The position numbers and the translations under genes were made by a program. Under the pieces are notes generated by a model, which worked only from the letters and a program-made list of their open reading frames with translations, was not told the origin of the DNA and made no database searches. DNA of 64,000 bases, taken from the IMG/VR virus record IMGVR_UViG_3300021335_000011, positions 1 to 64,000 of that record; one strand, 5' to 3'. Positions 1-9,070 of this stretch are shown in pieces. The first letter of the stretch is position 1, and every line of letters starts with the position of its first letter. This DNA is from a virus.

Positions 1-459
1 GCAGCATTGTTATTTACTAAACCTAAAAAATTAATTGGCATTGATGTACAACCGCATTTCTTTACGCCATACCAAAAGCATTTTGAAAAGTATGCAGAAG
101 AGAATAATATAGAGTTTGAATATCGAGAACAGTCAAGCCATGATCCTAAGGGAGTTGAACCGTGTGATGTACTACATATTGATTCACTACATAAAGCTCC
201 ACATCTTGCCAAAGAATTAGAGATGCATGCGCCGCATGTACGTAAATACATTGTTTTTCATGATACAGCAGAATATAAAAATACTCATGGACTATTTCCA
301 GTAATTGCTAAATACATTACACAAGTTGAGCAAAAATGGCAAGTAGTAGATCATTACATTCATAGAGTTGGATATACTGTTATCAAACGAGTTGATCGTA
401 AAGAAGCGGTGTGGAATGATAAAAAAAAAGATCTAATTAATCTGAGCGCTTATCAATGA
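1..459 (+). CDS. Class I SAM-dependent methyltransferase-like protein, 5'-truncated by the window edge
   Basis: Frame is open from position 1. Motifs LIGID, DVLHIDSLH and YIVFHDT resemble Methyltransf_24-type proteins. Confidence 0.6.
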   Translation, partial: AALLFTKPKKLIGIDVQPHFFTPYQKHFEKYAEENNIEFEYREQSSHDPKGVEPCDVLHIDSLHKAPHLAKELEMHAPHVRKYIVFHDTAEYKNTHGLFPVIAKYITQVEQKWQVVDHYIHRVGYTVIKRVDRKEAVWNDKKKDLINLSAYQ

Positions 460-1013
460 AAATTTGGAAATATGAATCATATGATGATTACGTAAAAGCT
501 CAAACAAAGGCTAACGTAAAAAAAATCAAAAAAGTATTGGTTCAAAAATCTACTATTAAACAGATATACAATAGAATTCCTATGGCTGCTAATATACTTT
601 GTCATGGTACACGTAATGCTGCAGAACAAAAATATTTTTCTGATATGTATCCTATGGCTAATATTGTTGGAACAGAGATTTCTTATACTGCATCAGATTT
701 TCCAATGACAGTGCAGCATGATTTTCATGAGGTTGTTAATGATTGGATTGGAGAATTCGATATTGTGTATTCAAATTCTTTTGATCATAGCTACGATCCA
801 GAAAAATGTATGTCGACATGGGCTAACCAATTAACTAAAATTGGAACTTTATGTATAGAATTACAGTGTGGCGAAAATAATAGATCAAAAGCTACTGATC
901 CATTAGAATTAACTTATAATGATTTAATTGAATTGGCATCTCAAAGCGGATTATGGTTATCACACAAATTAAAACTAGAAAACAATGATATGTTGTGTAT
1001 GTTTAGAAAATGA
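456..1013 (+). CDS. SAM-dependent methyltransferase-like protein
   Basis: ILCHGTRN motif-I-like stretch, IVGTEIS and FDIVYSNSFDH. ATGA overlap with the upstream gene. Confidence 0.55.
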   Translation: MKIWKYESYDDYVKAQTKANVKKIKKVLVQKSTIKQIYNRIPMAANILCHGTRNAAEQKYFSDMYPMANIVGTEISYTASDFPMTVQHDFHEVVNDWIGEFDIVYSNSFDHSYDPEKCMSTWANQLTKIGTLCIELQCGENNRSKATDPLELTYNDLIELASQSGLWLSHKLKLENNDMLCMFRK

Positions 1014-1696
1014 AATCATATATTATAAAAATCAAAGGTCATGCCAAGTCAGAAGAACAGGCAGAAAAATGCATTAATTCTACAATGTTATATGGGTTTG
1101 ACTCTGAATTTTTTAATGGTACAACTCCTAAAACATTAGCTGATGCTGAAAAGATACATAACTTTGGTATAATGAAACCGAGTAGAGTTTTTAATTTTAG
1201 AGTAGAAAACTTAAAAAAATATCTTACTAAAAAATCTTGTTTTATGAATCATGTTATTCTATGGAATAAATGCCTAGAAATAAACGAACCTATTGTAGTA
1301 TTAGAGCATGATGCATTAGCTATACGAAAATGGGATAATGCTACCTTTAAAGAAGTTTTAATTCTTAATATTAATTCAGCAAAAAAACATAATCGTAACG
1401 TTGGTTCACGTATGGGTAAATACGAATATAAACAAGAAGGTCATACTGAAATACATGAATTAAATTATCCGTTTAGGTATAAGATGGAAAATATTTGGAA
1501 GGGTGGATGTCTGATGCCTGGAACTGCAGCCTATGCTATTACTCCTGCGGGGGCCACTAAACTTTTAGATTCTCTCTATAAAAACGGTTGGGATCAAAGT
1601 GATTTTTTTATCAATAGTAAAAATGTACATATAGAATACGCATCACCAGAATATTTTGGATTTAATGGAAAGAATCTAAATACAAGTAAAGGTTAA
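1010..1696 (+). CDS. GT25-family glycosyltransferase
   Basis: SCFMNHVILW...EPIVVLEHDA and GTAAYAITP, typical GT25 motifs. Confidence 0.8.
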   Translation: MKSYIIKIKGHAKSEEQAEKCINSTMLYGFDSEFFNGTTPKTLADAEKIHNFGIMKPSRVFNFRVENLKKYLTKKSCFMNHVILWNKCLEINEPIVVLEHDALAIRKWDNATFKEVLILNINSAKKHNRNVGSRMGKYEYKQEGHTEIHELNYPFRYKMENIWKGGCLMPGTAAYAITPAGATKLLDSLYKNGWDQSDFFINSKNVHIEYASPEYFGFNGKNLNTSKG

Positions 1697-1698
1697 TT

Positions 1699-2394
1699 AT
1701 GAAAGCGCATATAATAACAATATTAGGACATACACTTTCTGAAGCAGGTGCAGAAAATTGTATTAAGTCTTCAGAAGAATTAAATAATCCATTTGAAATT
1801 AAAAGATTTGAAGCTTGTACACCAATCGATGTCGGTGATGTAATGAATGAATATGGCCTTGAATGGAATTTTCCTTGGGAAGGTCAAGTTCGAGATATAA
1901 AATCTGGATTAACTCTCAATGCATATAGAACTCAAGATCATTTAGCCCGAATGGCATGTGCATTAAGTCATTATGTGCTATGGCAAAAATGCCAGAATGA
2001 AAATGAACCACTACTAATTCTTGAACACGATGCTATCTTTAGGCATCGTCTTGATCCTACATTTATCTTGAAATCTAAATATAATGTTGTCGGACTTAAT
2101 GATCCTATTGGTGCTACTCGAAAGGCGAACCTGTTTAAAACAAAAGTTGAAAATTCTGAAAAAGATATTGTTTCTGTACCTCATGTTGATTCGTTTGAAA
2201 TCCCACAAGGTTTAGCTGGAAACAGCGCATATATAATTAAACCAACTGGAGCTACAGCGTTAATTGCAGCTATAGAAGAATATGGATTATGGCCAAATGA
2301 TGCTATTATGTGTAGGCAATTAATTAAAAAATTAGGTGTAACTCGTAAGTTTTACACATTAGTTCAAGGTTTACCATCAACTACTACGGAATAA
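1699..2394 (+). CDS. GT25-family glycosyltransferase
   Basis: ACALSHYVLW...EPLLILEHDA and GNSAYIIKP. Confidence 0.8.
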   Translation: MKAHIITILGHTLSEAGAENCIKSSEELNNPFEIKRFEACTPIDVGDVMNEYGLEWNFPWEGQVRDIKSGLTLNAYRTQDHLARMACALSHYVLWQKCQNENEPLLILEHDAIFRHRLDPTFILKSKYNVVGLNDPIGATRKANLFKTKVENSEKDIVSVPHVDSFEIPQGLAGNSAYIIKPTGATALIAAIEEYGLWPNDAIMCRQLIKKLGVTRKFYTLVQGLPSTTTE

Positions 2395-2396
2395 AA

Positions 2397-3050
2397 ATGA
2401 AAGCTTTTGTAATTACTATACCATCGCACGAATTGTCTGTAATGTCAGCAAAAAAGTGTATTCGAAGTGCAGCTAAATTTGGTTTAACTGTAGAAACGTG
2501 GAATGCTACCACACCGAAAGATCGACCAGCAGAGATCTTAGAATCAAAGGGTATTCCAACTCAACCGTTTGACGAGATCTATTCTCGTACTCAAAATTGT
2601 ATGGCAGCGTTTTGTTCTCATATGAGTTTATGGGAACATAGCATTGAAATTAATGAGCCAGTCGTTATCTTTGAACATGATGCTGTAATGACTGGATCTT
2701 TACCAGAGGATCTTGAATTTGATAAAGTAATCACGTTTTCAAAACCTTCATATGGCAATTTTAATACTCCAGTAGATATAGGAGTTGTTCCTCTTATTCA
2801 AAAACCATATTTTGGCGGAGCACATGGTTACATTGTAAAACCAGAAGGAGCTGTTGAATTAATTGAAGTCGCTAGAGAAAATCCTCTTTCTACAGACGTT
2901 TTTCTTAATGTAAATAACTTCCCTTGGTTAGAAGAATATTACCCGTGGGTTTGTATTGCAGCTGATAACTTTACTACAATTCAACAAGAAGCGGGTTGTA
3001 AAGCTAAACATCGTTATGGAGAAACTTATGCAATCGAAAATATTAGATAA
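2397..3050 (+). CDS. GT25-family glycosyltransferase
   Basis: AAFCSHMSLW...EPVVIFEHDA and GAHGYIVKP. Confidence 0.8.
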   Translation: MKAFVITIPSHELSVMSAKKCIRSAAKFGLTVETWNATTPKDRPAEILESKGIPTQPFDEIYSRTQNCMAAFCSHMSLWEHSIEINEPVVIFEHDAVMTGSLPEDLEFDKVITFSKPSYGNFNTPVDIGVVPLIQKPYFGGAHGYIVKPEGAVELIEVARENPLSTDVFLNVNNFPWLEEYYPWVCIAADNFTTIQQEAGCKAKHRYGETYAIENIR

Positions 3051-3690
3051 GACATTTTTAACTGGTTGTGATCAAAAAACTGAGTGGCAGCTACCGTTTT
3101 TTCTTGATAAGTTTTTAGAGTTTAAACATAAAACTAAACTTATTGTTTGTGACTTTGGTATGTCAGAGGAAATGCGCAATAAAGTTGTTATGCATAAAGC
3201 AGTTGAAGCTGTAATGAATATGGTATTAGATGGACCAGAAACTGGATGGTTTCTAAAACCTAAATCTATGCTGCATTGTCCATCGAATGCTACTATCTGG
3301 CTTGATACTGATTGCGAGATTAGAACAAATATTGATGATTTATTTACTAAATTAGTACCAAATAAATTAAATATGGTTGAAGACAGGCCATGGACAAAAC
3401 GTCGTGGTGAAGTATGGTTTAATTCAGGTGTTGTTGGATTTATTGGTAAACCAGCAATCTTGCGCTTGTGGGTAGAAAGCACAGAAAAGAATCAAACAAT
3501 TGGTGATCAAGAAGTATTGCATGATATATTAAACCCTATTACACAATTGACTTGGATTAATCCTTTGCCTAATGCATATAATGTGCTACGTTTGCAAACT
3601 GAACACGATAAATATGAAGGTAAAATTAAAGTTATGCACTGGACAGGTGCGAAGGGTAATGAGTCTATTAGGAGTATGATGAATGAGTAG
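3028..3690 (+). CDS. GT-A fold glycosyltransferase (GT8-like)
   Basis: WLDTD (DxD), FNSGVV, GDQEVL and MHWTG. Start moved to ATG 3028, which follows GGAG. Confidence 0.75.
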   Translation: MQSKILDKTFLTGCDQKTEWQLPFFLDKFLEFKHKTKLIVCDFGMSEEMRNKVVMHKAVEAVMNMVLDGPETGWFLKPKSMLHCPSNATIWLDTDCEIRTNIDDLFTKLVPNKLNMVEDRPWTKRRGEVWFNSGVVGFIGKPAILRLWVESTEKNQTIGDQEVLHDILNPITQLTWINPLPNAYNVLRLQTEHDKYEGKIKVMHWTGAKGNESIRSMMNE

Positions 3691-4288
3691 AGTTGTACAC
3701 GTAATTGGAAACGGTGATAGTGCAGCATTTTATCAAAAAGAGCCTCGTAAAGGTTTAAAGCTTACTTGCAATATTCCTCCTTTTGAGGTAAAAGCATATG
3801 CTACTTGTATAGTAGATTTTAAAATGATGAAAGCTATTGATAAGGGAGAGGTAACTCTTGGTGGTGAATGGATTGTAGGAGCAAGGCCAAAAGAATATTG
3901 CGCAAGAAATCCTAAATTTCATATGAAAATTGCACATCATATTAAAGAATTCTATACTAAGATTCCTAAGTATGCTCCTAATTATACTGATTTTAACTGC
4001 GGTATGATGGCAGTTTATTATGCTGCACAAAAGTTAAAAGCCGATGAAATCAATATGTGGGGATTTGATACTATCTTTGATTTCAATATGAGAAGCTATA
4101 CTGATCTAGTAATTGAATCAGATAGGGGAAATATGAATAACAATCGGCTAATCAATAATTGGAGGCCGGTATGGATGAATATGTTTAAAGATAAAAACTT
4201 CAAAGAAATTAAGTTCAATCTACATCATAAACATTCAGCTATCAAATTTAAAATTCCAAGCAATGTAGAAATTATTACACATCAATAG
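3683..4288 (+). CDS. Glycosyltransferase-like protein (sialyltransferase/Maf-like)
   Basis: N-terminal VIGNGDS, NCGMMAV and INMWGFD resemble GT29/GT42/DUF115-type motifs. Confidence 0.5.
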   Translation: MSRVVHVIGNGDSAAFYQKEPRKGLKLTCNIPPFEVKAYATCIVDFKMMKAIDKGEVTLGGEWIVGARPKEYCARNPKFHMKIAHHIKEFYTKIPKYAPNYTDFNCGMMAVYYAAQKLKADEINMWGFDTIFDFNMRSYTDLVIESDRGNMNNNRLINNWRPVWMNMFKDKNFKEIKFNLHHKHSAIKFKIPSNVEIITHQ

Positions 4289-4290
4289 CA

Positions 4291-4319
4291 TTTACTTTTT
4301 AATATAAATATGGTATAAT
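4291..4319 (+). promoter_or_regulatory. Sigma70-like promoter with a nested T4-type late promoter
   Basis: TTTACT (4291-4296), 17 nt, TATAAT (4314-4319) with a TG extension. TATAAATA at 4303-4310 lies inside the spacer. Confidence 0.65.
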
Positions 4320-4325
4320 GGTACC

Positions 4326-4748
4326 ATGAATATAATAGAGATAGATGGTGGAACAATAGTAGAACGTAAAGTGGCTGAAAAAGCAATTGATTTTGCTATT
4401 AAAAAATTAATGCCACGAATTCAGACACTTGATATTAGTTTACAAATCATGAAGATTGAAGATAAAGTTGATGGTTATTGCCTTTGTATTGATAACAGAA
4501 CATTTGAAATAGAGATACAAAGCGGTATACATTATGAAGATTTTGTAACAGCCATATTCCATGAAATGGTGCACGTTAAACAACATGTGCGTAAAGAGCT
4601 TGTAGATAAAGGTTTTATAAAAATATGGAAAGGCGAGGATTGGATTAGCATGTTTACAACTGTTGATGAATATATGCGATTTCCATGGGAAGCTGAAGCA
4701 TACAGACTACAAGAAGAATTGTTTGAGGAGTACACAAATGCTAGTTGA
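4326..4748 (+). CDS. Zinc metallopeptidase-like phage protein
   Basis: HEMVH (HExxH) followed by PWEAEA. Confidence 0.65.
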   Translation: MNIIEIDGGTIVERKVAEKAIDFAIKKLMPRIQTLDISLQIMKIEDKVDGYCLCIDNRTFEIEIQSGIHYEDFVTAIFHEMVHVKQHVRKELVDKGFIKIWKGEDWISMFTTVDEYMRFPWEAEAYRLQEELFEEYTNAS

Positions 4749-5517
4749 ATGGGATAGATTTGACAAATTGCGGCTCATAGTTCCTATATGGACACATAGC
4801 ATGCTAGTGTATTTTTTATACACTTTTCAGTGGTGGTATCTTATACCATTTATTTTTGTTAATTACTTAATGAATACCACACAGACGGTATTCTTACATA
4901 AAACTTTAGCTCATAGAAATTTTAGTTACAATTCTAAGGTTATTGATCATCTTTTTTCATTTATAGTTATGTTAAACTTTATGGGTGGTCCGATACAGTG
5001 GGCAATTATGCATAGATTACACCATAAGTATACAGATAAATTTGAAGATCCGCATTCTCCATCAATTGTAGGTTCGCTAATTTCTCATTTTCATTTATGG
5101 AAAAAGCCTCCAATAGATACAACAAAAAAAGTTGTGATTCGCGATTTATTCAGAGATTATAAGCATTTAATAATCTATATTAGATACCAGTGGCTTTCAT
5201 CAATTTTAGCATGGCTAATTATTGGTGTATTGTTTGGTATAGAAGGATTAGCTATTGTAGGTGCTGCATCTTGTTGGCAACTGCACACATTAGGAATTAT
5301 CGACAGCTGGGTACATCGTAAGGGAAATGGTGCAATTACAAATGTTAGCAGCTGGGTGACTGCATTGAGCATGGCTTCACCTGAAGCTATAGAACATGAT
5401 AAGCACCATAAAAGCCCATGGATATATACACACATCGATGGTTGGTTTGATTACCATTCAAGAGTAATGGAAATTTTGGCTAAATACGGGTTGGTAAAAA
5501 TAAATGTTGTTAAATAA
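4738..5517 (+). CDS. Membrane fatty-acid desaturase (delta-9/DesC-like)
   Basis: His boxes HKTLAH, HRLHH and HDKHH, DPHSP motif and hydrophobic segments. ATG 4738 follows GAGGAG. Confidence 0.85.
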   Translation: MLVEWDRFDKLRLIVPIWTHSMLVYFLYTFQWWYLIPFIFVNYLMNTTQTVFLHKTLAHRNFSYNSKVIDHLFSFIVMLNFMGGPIQWAIMHRLHHKYTDKFEDPHSPSIVGSLISHFHLWKKPPIDTTKKVVIRDLFRDYKHLIIYIRYQWLSSILAWLIIGVLFGIEGLAIVGAASCWQLHTLGIIDSWVHRKGNGAITNVSSWVTALSMASPEAIEHDKHHKSPWIYTHIDGWFDYHSRVMEILAKYGLVKINVVK

Positions 5518-6295
5518 AATATCTTGGCTTAGATTGACATATAATCTATTATTACAATTTGTTGGATTATACGCTCTATATTTCATTTTTAGTACTGAAC
5601 AATATATGCTTTTAATTCCAGCATTGTTAATCATGTTCTTTACGCAATTTACAATTTATGCGCATTATCATATGGTAGTAACACATCAATCATGGAAGTT
5701 TAATTATAAATTATTTGACCATATTTTTTCTGTATCAGGAATTTTAATGGGTATGGGATCTCCTATCCCTTGGGCTATTATACATCGTTTGCATCATAAA
5801 CATACTGATACAGAAGATGATCCACATTCACCATCATATTATGGTTTGTTTATCACACATTTTCATGCATGGAAAGCACCAGATATTATAAATGCAAAAG
5901 TACCTAAAAAAGATTTACTTAGAAATTTTAGTCATCTAAGTGTATATAACAATGCAATTTCAATAGGTATTATAAACATATTGACATGGACTATTTTATA
6001 TTACTTATTTGGTCTAGGAGGAATTTTAGTCACAGCACTGGGTTTAGCTATTACTAATAATAATATTGGTATTACAAATGGTTGGACTCATAGATTAGGA
6101 GATGGTAAAGTAGATAAACCCAACTTACTTATTTGGGCACTAATGTTGGGATCACCTGAAGCATACTTTCATAAAGAACATCACGAAAAGCCATTTAAAT
6201 ATAAACATTCTGAATCATGGTTTGAATGGCATGCACGATTAGTTGAAATATTTGATAAAGTTGGCTTAGTTACTATTCATGATAAAAAAATTTAA
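5504..6295 (+). CDS. Membrane fatty-acid desaturase (second paralog)
   Basis: His boxes HMVVTH, HRLHH and HKEHH, plus DPHSP. Confidence 0.85.
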   Translation: MLLNKISWLRLTYNLLLQFVGLYALYFIFSTEQYMLLIPALLIMFFTQFTIYAHYHMVVTHQSWKFNYKLFDHIFSVSGILMGMGSPIPWAIIHRLHHKHTDTEDDPHSPSYYGLFITHFHAWKAPDIINAKVPKKDLLRNFSHLSVYNNAISIGIINILTWTILYYLFGLGGILVTALGLAITNNNIGITNGWTHRLGDGKVDKPNLLIWALMLGSPEAYFHKEHHEKPFKYKHSESWFEWHARLVEIFDKVGLVTIHDKKI

Positions 6296-7349
6296 TGGAT
6301 TAATACCTAATCACCAGCGCGATGTTCATGTAGCTCACACACGCTGGGAATTTGGTTATATTATTGATGGTCAAAAAATTATAGATCCATTTTTAGGATT
6401 AGGTCAATTCAATCTTGGTTTTAAAAGACAGGATATAATAGATTATGTTTGTAAAAATCTTTCAAATAATATTTTTGAATCCGCCGAAGATTTAAATAAT
6501 CTAGTTGATACTAATATATATTTGCATGATATTTCATTTAAATTAAATAATGATTTATATGAAGAGACTGGTTATTATAATTTTTCGTCCCTTTCTGGGA
6601 GTGATGCAAACGAAGGTGCATTAAAATTATCAGCTGCATATCATAAATTAAAAGGCAATAATAAATCTAAAATTATTAGCTTTGACGGTAGCTACCATGG
6701 TAGTACATATTTAAATTATAGCATGGGTGATGAAAGCATATTTTCAAATCCATTTTATAATATGCCAAGACCAGATTTTATTGAACGCATAAGACATGAA
6801 GATCTTACTAAGATTAAATGGAATGACGTTATGTGTTTAATCATTGAACCTTGGCAATGGGCAGTAGGATCACCAGGACCTTCAGCTAAATTTTGGGATA
6901 CATTGAAAACAATTAGAACTACATACGATGTTCTAATAATTATAGACGATATATTTACTGGTGGGGGTAAAACAGGTGATTGGTGCGGATGGAAATCAAC
7001 ACCAATAACTCCTGATATTTTTACTCAAGGTAAAGCAATTACCGGTGGATATTTCCCTCTTTCTCTAACATATTACTCAGAACAAGTAAATTCTGTTTTA
7101 CCAAATGATTTTTTATGGGAACATGGATTTACAAATAGTTTTAGTTCTTCTGGCACATTAAGCTGCTTAGCTTATAGAGAAGCATATAAAAAATATGATT
7201 ATTGGTCTGTTAATAAAATGGCTATAGATATTTTTGGAGAAAGAATCATAGCTCAATTTGGTAATATTTTTACTGTTGAAGGTTTAGGACTAATACAAAT
7301 ACCAATAAATGCTACTGATGAATATTTTGATTTGTTAAAAAAAATTTAA
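6279..7349 (+). CDS. Class-III PLP-dependent aminotransferase
   Basis: SGSDANEGALK, GSYHGST, IIDDIFTGGGKTG and PDIFTQGKAITGG (PLP lysine). Confidence 0.85.
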   Translation: MIKKFNGLIPNHQRDVHVAHTRWEFGYIIDGQKIIDPFLGLGQFNLGFKRQDIIDYVCKNLSNNIFESAEDLNNLVDTNIYLHDISFKLNNDLYEETGYYNFSSLSGSDANEGALKLSAAYHKLKGNNKSKIISFDGSYHGSTYLNYSMGDESIFSNPFYNMPRPDFIERIRHEDLTKIKWNDVMCLIIEPWQWAVGSPGPSAKFWDTLKTIRTTYDVLIIIDDIFTGGGKTGDWCGWKSTPITPDIFTQGKAITGGYFPLSLTYYSEQVNSVLPNDFLWEHGFTNSFSSSGTLSCLAYREAYKKYDYWSVNKMAIDIFGERIIAQFGNIFTVEGLGLIQIPINATDEYFDLLKKI

Positions 7350-7367
7350 AAAAGTGCGTTTTAGGCA

Positions 7368-7396
7368 TGTACAAACTAGTAAAAACAGGGTATAAT
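7368..7396 (+). promoter_or_regulatory. Phage early-type promoter
   Basis: TGTACA (7368-7373), 17 nt, TATAAT (7391-7396). The motif recurs at 9548, 12829, 13368 and 51152 (minus). Confidence 0.8.
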
Positions 7397-7429
7397 GGTC
7401 CTATAATAAAGAAGGAAGAGGAGCCTTAC

Positions 7430-7780
7430 ATGTTTACTAAATCACAAATCGAATTGCAAGCCCACATCGAAGCTAAAAATGCTGAAGGTAAGAAGTGGAT
7501 GGATGAAAATCCTGGTTCTTACTACGGCATGACCGTAACTGACCCAGCGCATTGGGCAGAGCAGGGTATTACTACTGTCGAGCAGTATGAGTACCAAATG
7601 GAGTACTATGGTCTGTTTGACTATATTGCTGGTTTAACGTCAAAGGGCAATGCTCGGTATTTGCTGAGTCTTTGTACCACCATGGATGATTTGAATGCTG
7701 TGTATTCAGATTTCGGTGCTCAAATGGATATTGATGAAGCCTGGGAAGTAGAAAAGGCATGGTGTGAGGATGCAGCATAA
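7430..7780 (+). CDS. Hypothetical early protein
   Basis: ATG 7430 follows GAGGAG. The longer start in the ORF track overlaps the promoter. Confidence 0.7.
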   Translation: MFTKSQIELQAHIEAKNAEGKKWMDENPGSYYGMTVTDPAHWAEQGITTVEQYEYQMEYYGLFDYIAGLTSKGNARYLLSLCTTMDDLNAVYSDFGAQMDIDEAWEVEKAWCEDAA

Positions 7781-8013
7781 TGGAAAAAACTACAGAAATT
7801 TTAGGTTCTTATTTTACAACACATCCATACGACGAGTATAATGGTGATGGTGTAAGTTTAACAGATAAGTTTGCAATATTAAGAGAAGAGTATACCAAAT
7901 CTGGTAAAAAGATTATTAATATGAAAACTTATTATAATAGTGGATTTAATCATACGACTCAACAAGACGAAGCAGAACCAGAATTTGGTGTTGAGATTGA
8001 GTGGATATGGTAG
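7780..8013 (+). CDS. Hypothetical protein
   Basis: TAATG coupling to the upstream gene, with a GAGG RBS. Confidence 0.6.
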   Translation: MEKTTEILGSYFTTHPYDEYNGDGVSLTDKFAILREEYTKSGKKIINMKTYYNSGFNHTTQQDEAEPEFGVEIEWIW

Positions 8014-8016
8014 AGT

Positions 8017-8069
8017 TTAGCAAAATCGCTCCTGTCTCGCTCCTCTCTCAGTCGATGCGATTTTGCTAA
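8017..8069 (+). ncRNA. Candidate hairpin RNA with a pyrimidine-rich anti-SD loop
   Basis: Perfect 13-bp inverted repeat TTAGCAAAATCGC/GCGATTTTGCTAA around a 27-nt loop, with CTCCT at 8029-8033 and 8040-8044. Confidence 0.5.
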
Positions 8070-8177
8070 TCCAATAGTCGAGCGGTATAACGCGGTTAAG
8101 CCAGTAAACGACTTTAAATTTAAGACGCTGGTGGGAAATTATAGAGCGCCCTCATTAGAAAGACTCACCTTATTGGA
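8070..8177 (+). ncRNA. Candidate multi-stem structured RNA or cis-regulatory leader
   Basis: Closing stem TCCAATA/TATTGGA. Inner stems AGTCG/CGACT and GGTGGG/CTCACC. Intergenic and GC-rich for this genome. Confidence 0.45.
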
Positions 8178-8183
8178 GTAATT

Positions 8184-8966
8184 ATGAGTTGGAATAAAGC
8201 AGGTTTTGATCGAGGTAAATCTCTCGATATTGAATACGGTACTGGAAAACCTATTCGTGCGTTATACAGTAACAATCATGAAAAGATGCGGTGGATGGCA
8301 ACTTACACAAAGGAACCAGACACTTTATGGTGGATTTCACAGTTTGAAAAAAATAAAGTATTCTATGATATAGGAGCAAATATTGGATTATTCAGTTTTG
8401 TAGCTGCAAAGCATGGTGTTAAAGTAATAGCTTTTGAACCCGAAAGCCAGAACTTTGCATCTCTACAAAGAAATATACATGCCAATCCAACGTATGATAT
8501 TACGGCCTATTGCATAGGAGTTACAAATGAGAGATCTTTTTCTACGCTTTATTGTTCTAGTATGGGTGCTGGCTCTTCTTATCATGAGTTAGGTGTAAAA
8601 AATAAAAGAACAACATACAAACAAGGTAGTTATGGATTATCTCTTGATGAAATAACAAAGAGTTTACCAGTTCCTAATTACATCAAAATAGATGTTGACG
8701 GTATTGAGAGATTAGTAATAGACGGATATTCTCATTGGGATCAATTAGATTCGTTTTTAGTGGAAATGAATGACGATAAAGATAAAACATATATTACTCA
8801 AAAAATTTTACCATTAGGATTTAAAAATGTTTCTGTTAGCAATAATGTTATCTTTTATAAAAAGGGATTTGATGCATCATTCTTAACTGTAAAAAATTAT
8901 GCACGTGGTACCGCAGCCCAACAGATGTACAAAATAATAAATAAAGATGGGTTGGTCGCCAAATAG
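8184..8966 (+). CDS. FkbM-family methyltransferase
   Basis: FYDIGANIG, VIAFEPE and YIKIDVDGIE. Confidence 0.85.
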   Translation: MSWNKAGFDRGKSLDIEYGTGKPIRALYSNNHEKMRWMATYTKEPDTLWWISQFEKNKVFYDIGANIGLFSFVAAKHGVKVIAFEPESQNFASLQRNIHANPTYDITAYCIGVTNERSFSTLYCSSMGAGSSYHELGVKNKRTTYKQGSYGLSLDEITKSLPVPNYIKIDVDGIERLVIDGYSHWDQLDSFLVEMNDDKDKTYITQKILPLGFKNVSVSNNVIFYKKGFDASFLTVKNYARGTAAQQMYKIINKDGLVAK

Positions 8967-9070
8967 ACCCGCAAGTCCTTACTGTTAGGGACTATAACAA
9001 AGGAGAACCGCATCCAGCAATTATAAGTTGGCTCTGCTTTATAAGGGAGAGGTAATATATTGCCTCTCCT
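8946..9070 (+). ncRNA. Candidate ~125-nt structured RNA
   Basis: Several short stems (GGTC/GACC, GTCCTT/AGGGAC, CCAGC/GTTGG), a late-promoter-like AATAAATA at 8936-8943 and a terminal hairpin. Confidence 0.4.

Noticed and set aside
1-7349. Bacterial LPS locus or prophage-host junction
   Set aside because: The block is contiguous with phage-type promoters and genes, with no integrase, att site or housekeeping genes. A phage accessory island is the better reading.
7367-7429. Longer N-termini in the ORF track (also 2956, 4663, 9588, 9826, 10534, 11032 and 20302)
   Set aside because: They overlap promoters or upstream genes. Downstream ATGs fit better by SD position or conserved N-terminus.
8014-8183. 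tRNA, tmRNA or self-cleaving ribozyme
   Set aside because: No T-loop GTTCRA, cloverleaf or hammerhead/twister/pistol core seen. Kept only as unclassified structured RNA candidates.
8926-8954. TGTACAAA as another early promoter
   Set aside because: No TATAAT-like box 17 nt downstream.
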